A stretch of 48,040 nt of DNA from Pseudomonadota bacterium (GTDB taxonomy: Bacteria > Bdellovibrionota > UBA1018). Position 1 is the first letter of the stretch. The number at the start of each line of letters is the position of its first letter. Location of the stretch: positions 1 to 48,040 of the forward strand of contig JBDLQW010000041.1 in assembly GCA_039800365.1 (NCBI GenBank). Direction: 5' to 3'. Positions 47,520 to 48,040 of the stretch are shown piece after piece. Below the pieces are notes generated by a model, which worked only from the letters and a program-made list of their open reading frames with translations, was not told the origin of the DNA and did no database searches. A program made the translations under genes and the position numbers.

Positions 47520-47999
47520 CTACATTGCCAGAAAAAGTGCGAGCTCTGCACGGTCTTTTCCCCAACGCACCGGTATCCATAGGGTGCGTGTCGGCATTTG
47601 AATGCGTCGTTTGAAAATCTCATCGGGACGCAGCATGCGCTCTTCCCAATTTAAAACCGTGGGCTTGCTCAGGATGGGCCGGATTTTTTTCTGGGCGAAC
47701 TCGACGCCGGTATGACGATGGAGGGCGTTCCAAATCTCGAGAATGGGCGGGGTGTCGCTTTGAAAAAGCAGACCTGTGAATCCTGAAGCGCTCTTTCCAG
47801 CAGTGCTGCCTGGGGAGCTGGCAGGGATGTCTACTTCGGTGATTAAAAATTGGGCAGGGAGGCGCAGAGGCTCTGGAAACTTAAAGCCCGGTAGTCTTTG
47901 GGGCATTCCGAGCTCGAGAACTGGATTTGCGCCTTGCTGCTTGAGCGCAGATACGAACGCCGAGTGGAGCGCTTCGAGAAGTAAAGTCCAGCCCGTCAT
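47520..47999 (-). CDS. Hypothetical protein (159 aa), no recognisable motif
   Basis: ORF with coding-like composition, directly upstream of glyQS on the same strand. Confidence 0.45.
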   Translation of the reverse strand: MTGWTLLLEALHSAFVSALKQQGANPVLELGMPQRLPGFKFPEPLRLPAQFLITEVDIPASSPGSTAGKSASGFTGLLFQSDTPPILEIWNALHRHTGVEFAQKKIRPILSKPTVLNWEERMLRPDEIFKRRIQMPTRTLWIPVRWGKDRAELALFLAM

Positions 48000-48040
48000 G
48001 GCTTCAGTTTACCGAATCCAGTCATAATTAAAAGAAACAC

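Noticed and set aside
1-48040. A scan for CRISPR arrays, transposases/integrases, IS ends, toxin-antitoxin pairs and defence-type gene islands.
   Set aside because: No direct-repeat/spacer arrays, no recombinase-like ORFs and no clusters of unexplained genes were seen. Intergenic space is minimal, and nearly every ORF is an identifiable core gene.

Overview
This is a densely packed, almost entirely housekeeping chromosomal window from a diderm bacterium (LpxC, MraY and MurA-G present). Protein calls rest on motifs read from the ORF translations; no homology search was possible. The MglA GTPase, a PASTA-bearing FtsI and a serine-palmitoyltransferase-like enzyme suggest a Bdellovibrionota/Myxococcota-like lineage, which is inference only.

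Gene content, in order:
- A split GT51 glycosyltransferase plus transpeptidase-only PBP pair.
- dtd, then a dcw cluster rsmH-ftsL-ftsI-murE-mraY-murD-ftsW-murG-murC-murB. It lacks mraZ, murF and ddl.
- An inverted pair of secreted M16 peptidases, then ftsQ-ftsA-ftsZ.
- A DUF486 membrane protein and a secreted S8 protease.
- On the minus strand, a HEAT-repeat protein followed by dnaX-recR-mglA and two tandem DksA/TraR zinc-finger genes.
- ogt, mltG, rho, rpmE, prfA-prmC-murA, a HIT protein, an atypical OmpR-family regulator and a disordered protein.
- An SPT-like alpha-oxoamine synthase plus GNAT-like gene, immediately followed by ruvCAB.
- lpxC, tRNA-Pro(GGG), ppdK, glyQS and one hypothetical.

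I recognise no mobile elements, CRISPR array or defence-type protein island.

The signal the gene map does not explain is RNA-level. A roughly 320-nt strand-specific array of short hairpins displays GGA / AGGAUG in their loops downstream of a dksA-like gene (23271-23593, minus strand). It looks like a CsrB/RsmY/RsmZ-type CsrA sponge or a structured 3-prime UTR. The same 10-mer, CGCAGGAUGC, sits in a hairpin loop in the ftsA leader.

Secondary observations:
- mglA is translationally coupled into a dnaX-recR operon, with no mglB nearby.
- The class A PBP is split into two genes.
- The dcw cluster is rearranged.
- An SPT-like/GNAT lipid cassette is packed against ruvCAB.
- The response regulator has a pseudo-receiver domain.
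- ppdK overlaps glyQS by 128 nt, out of frame.
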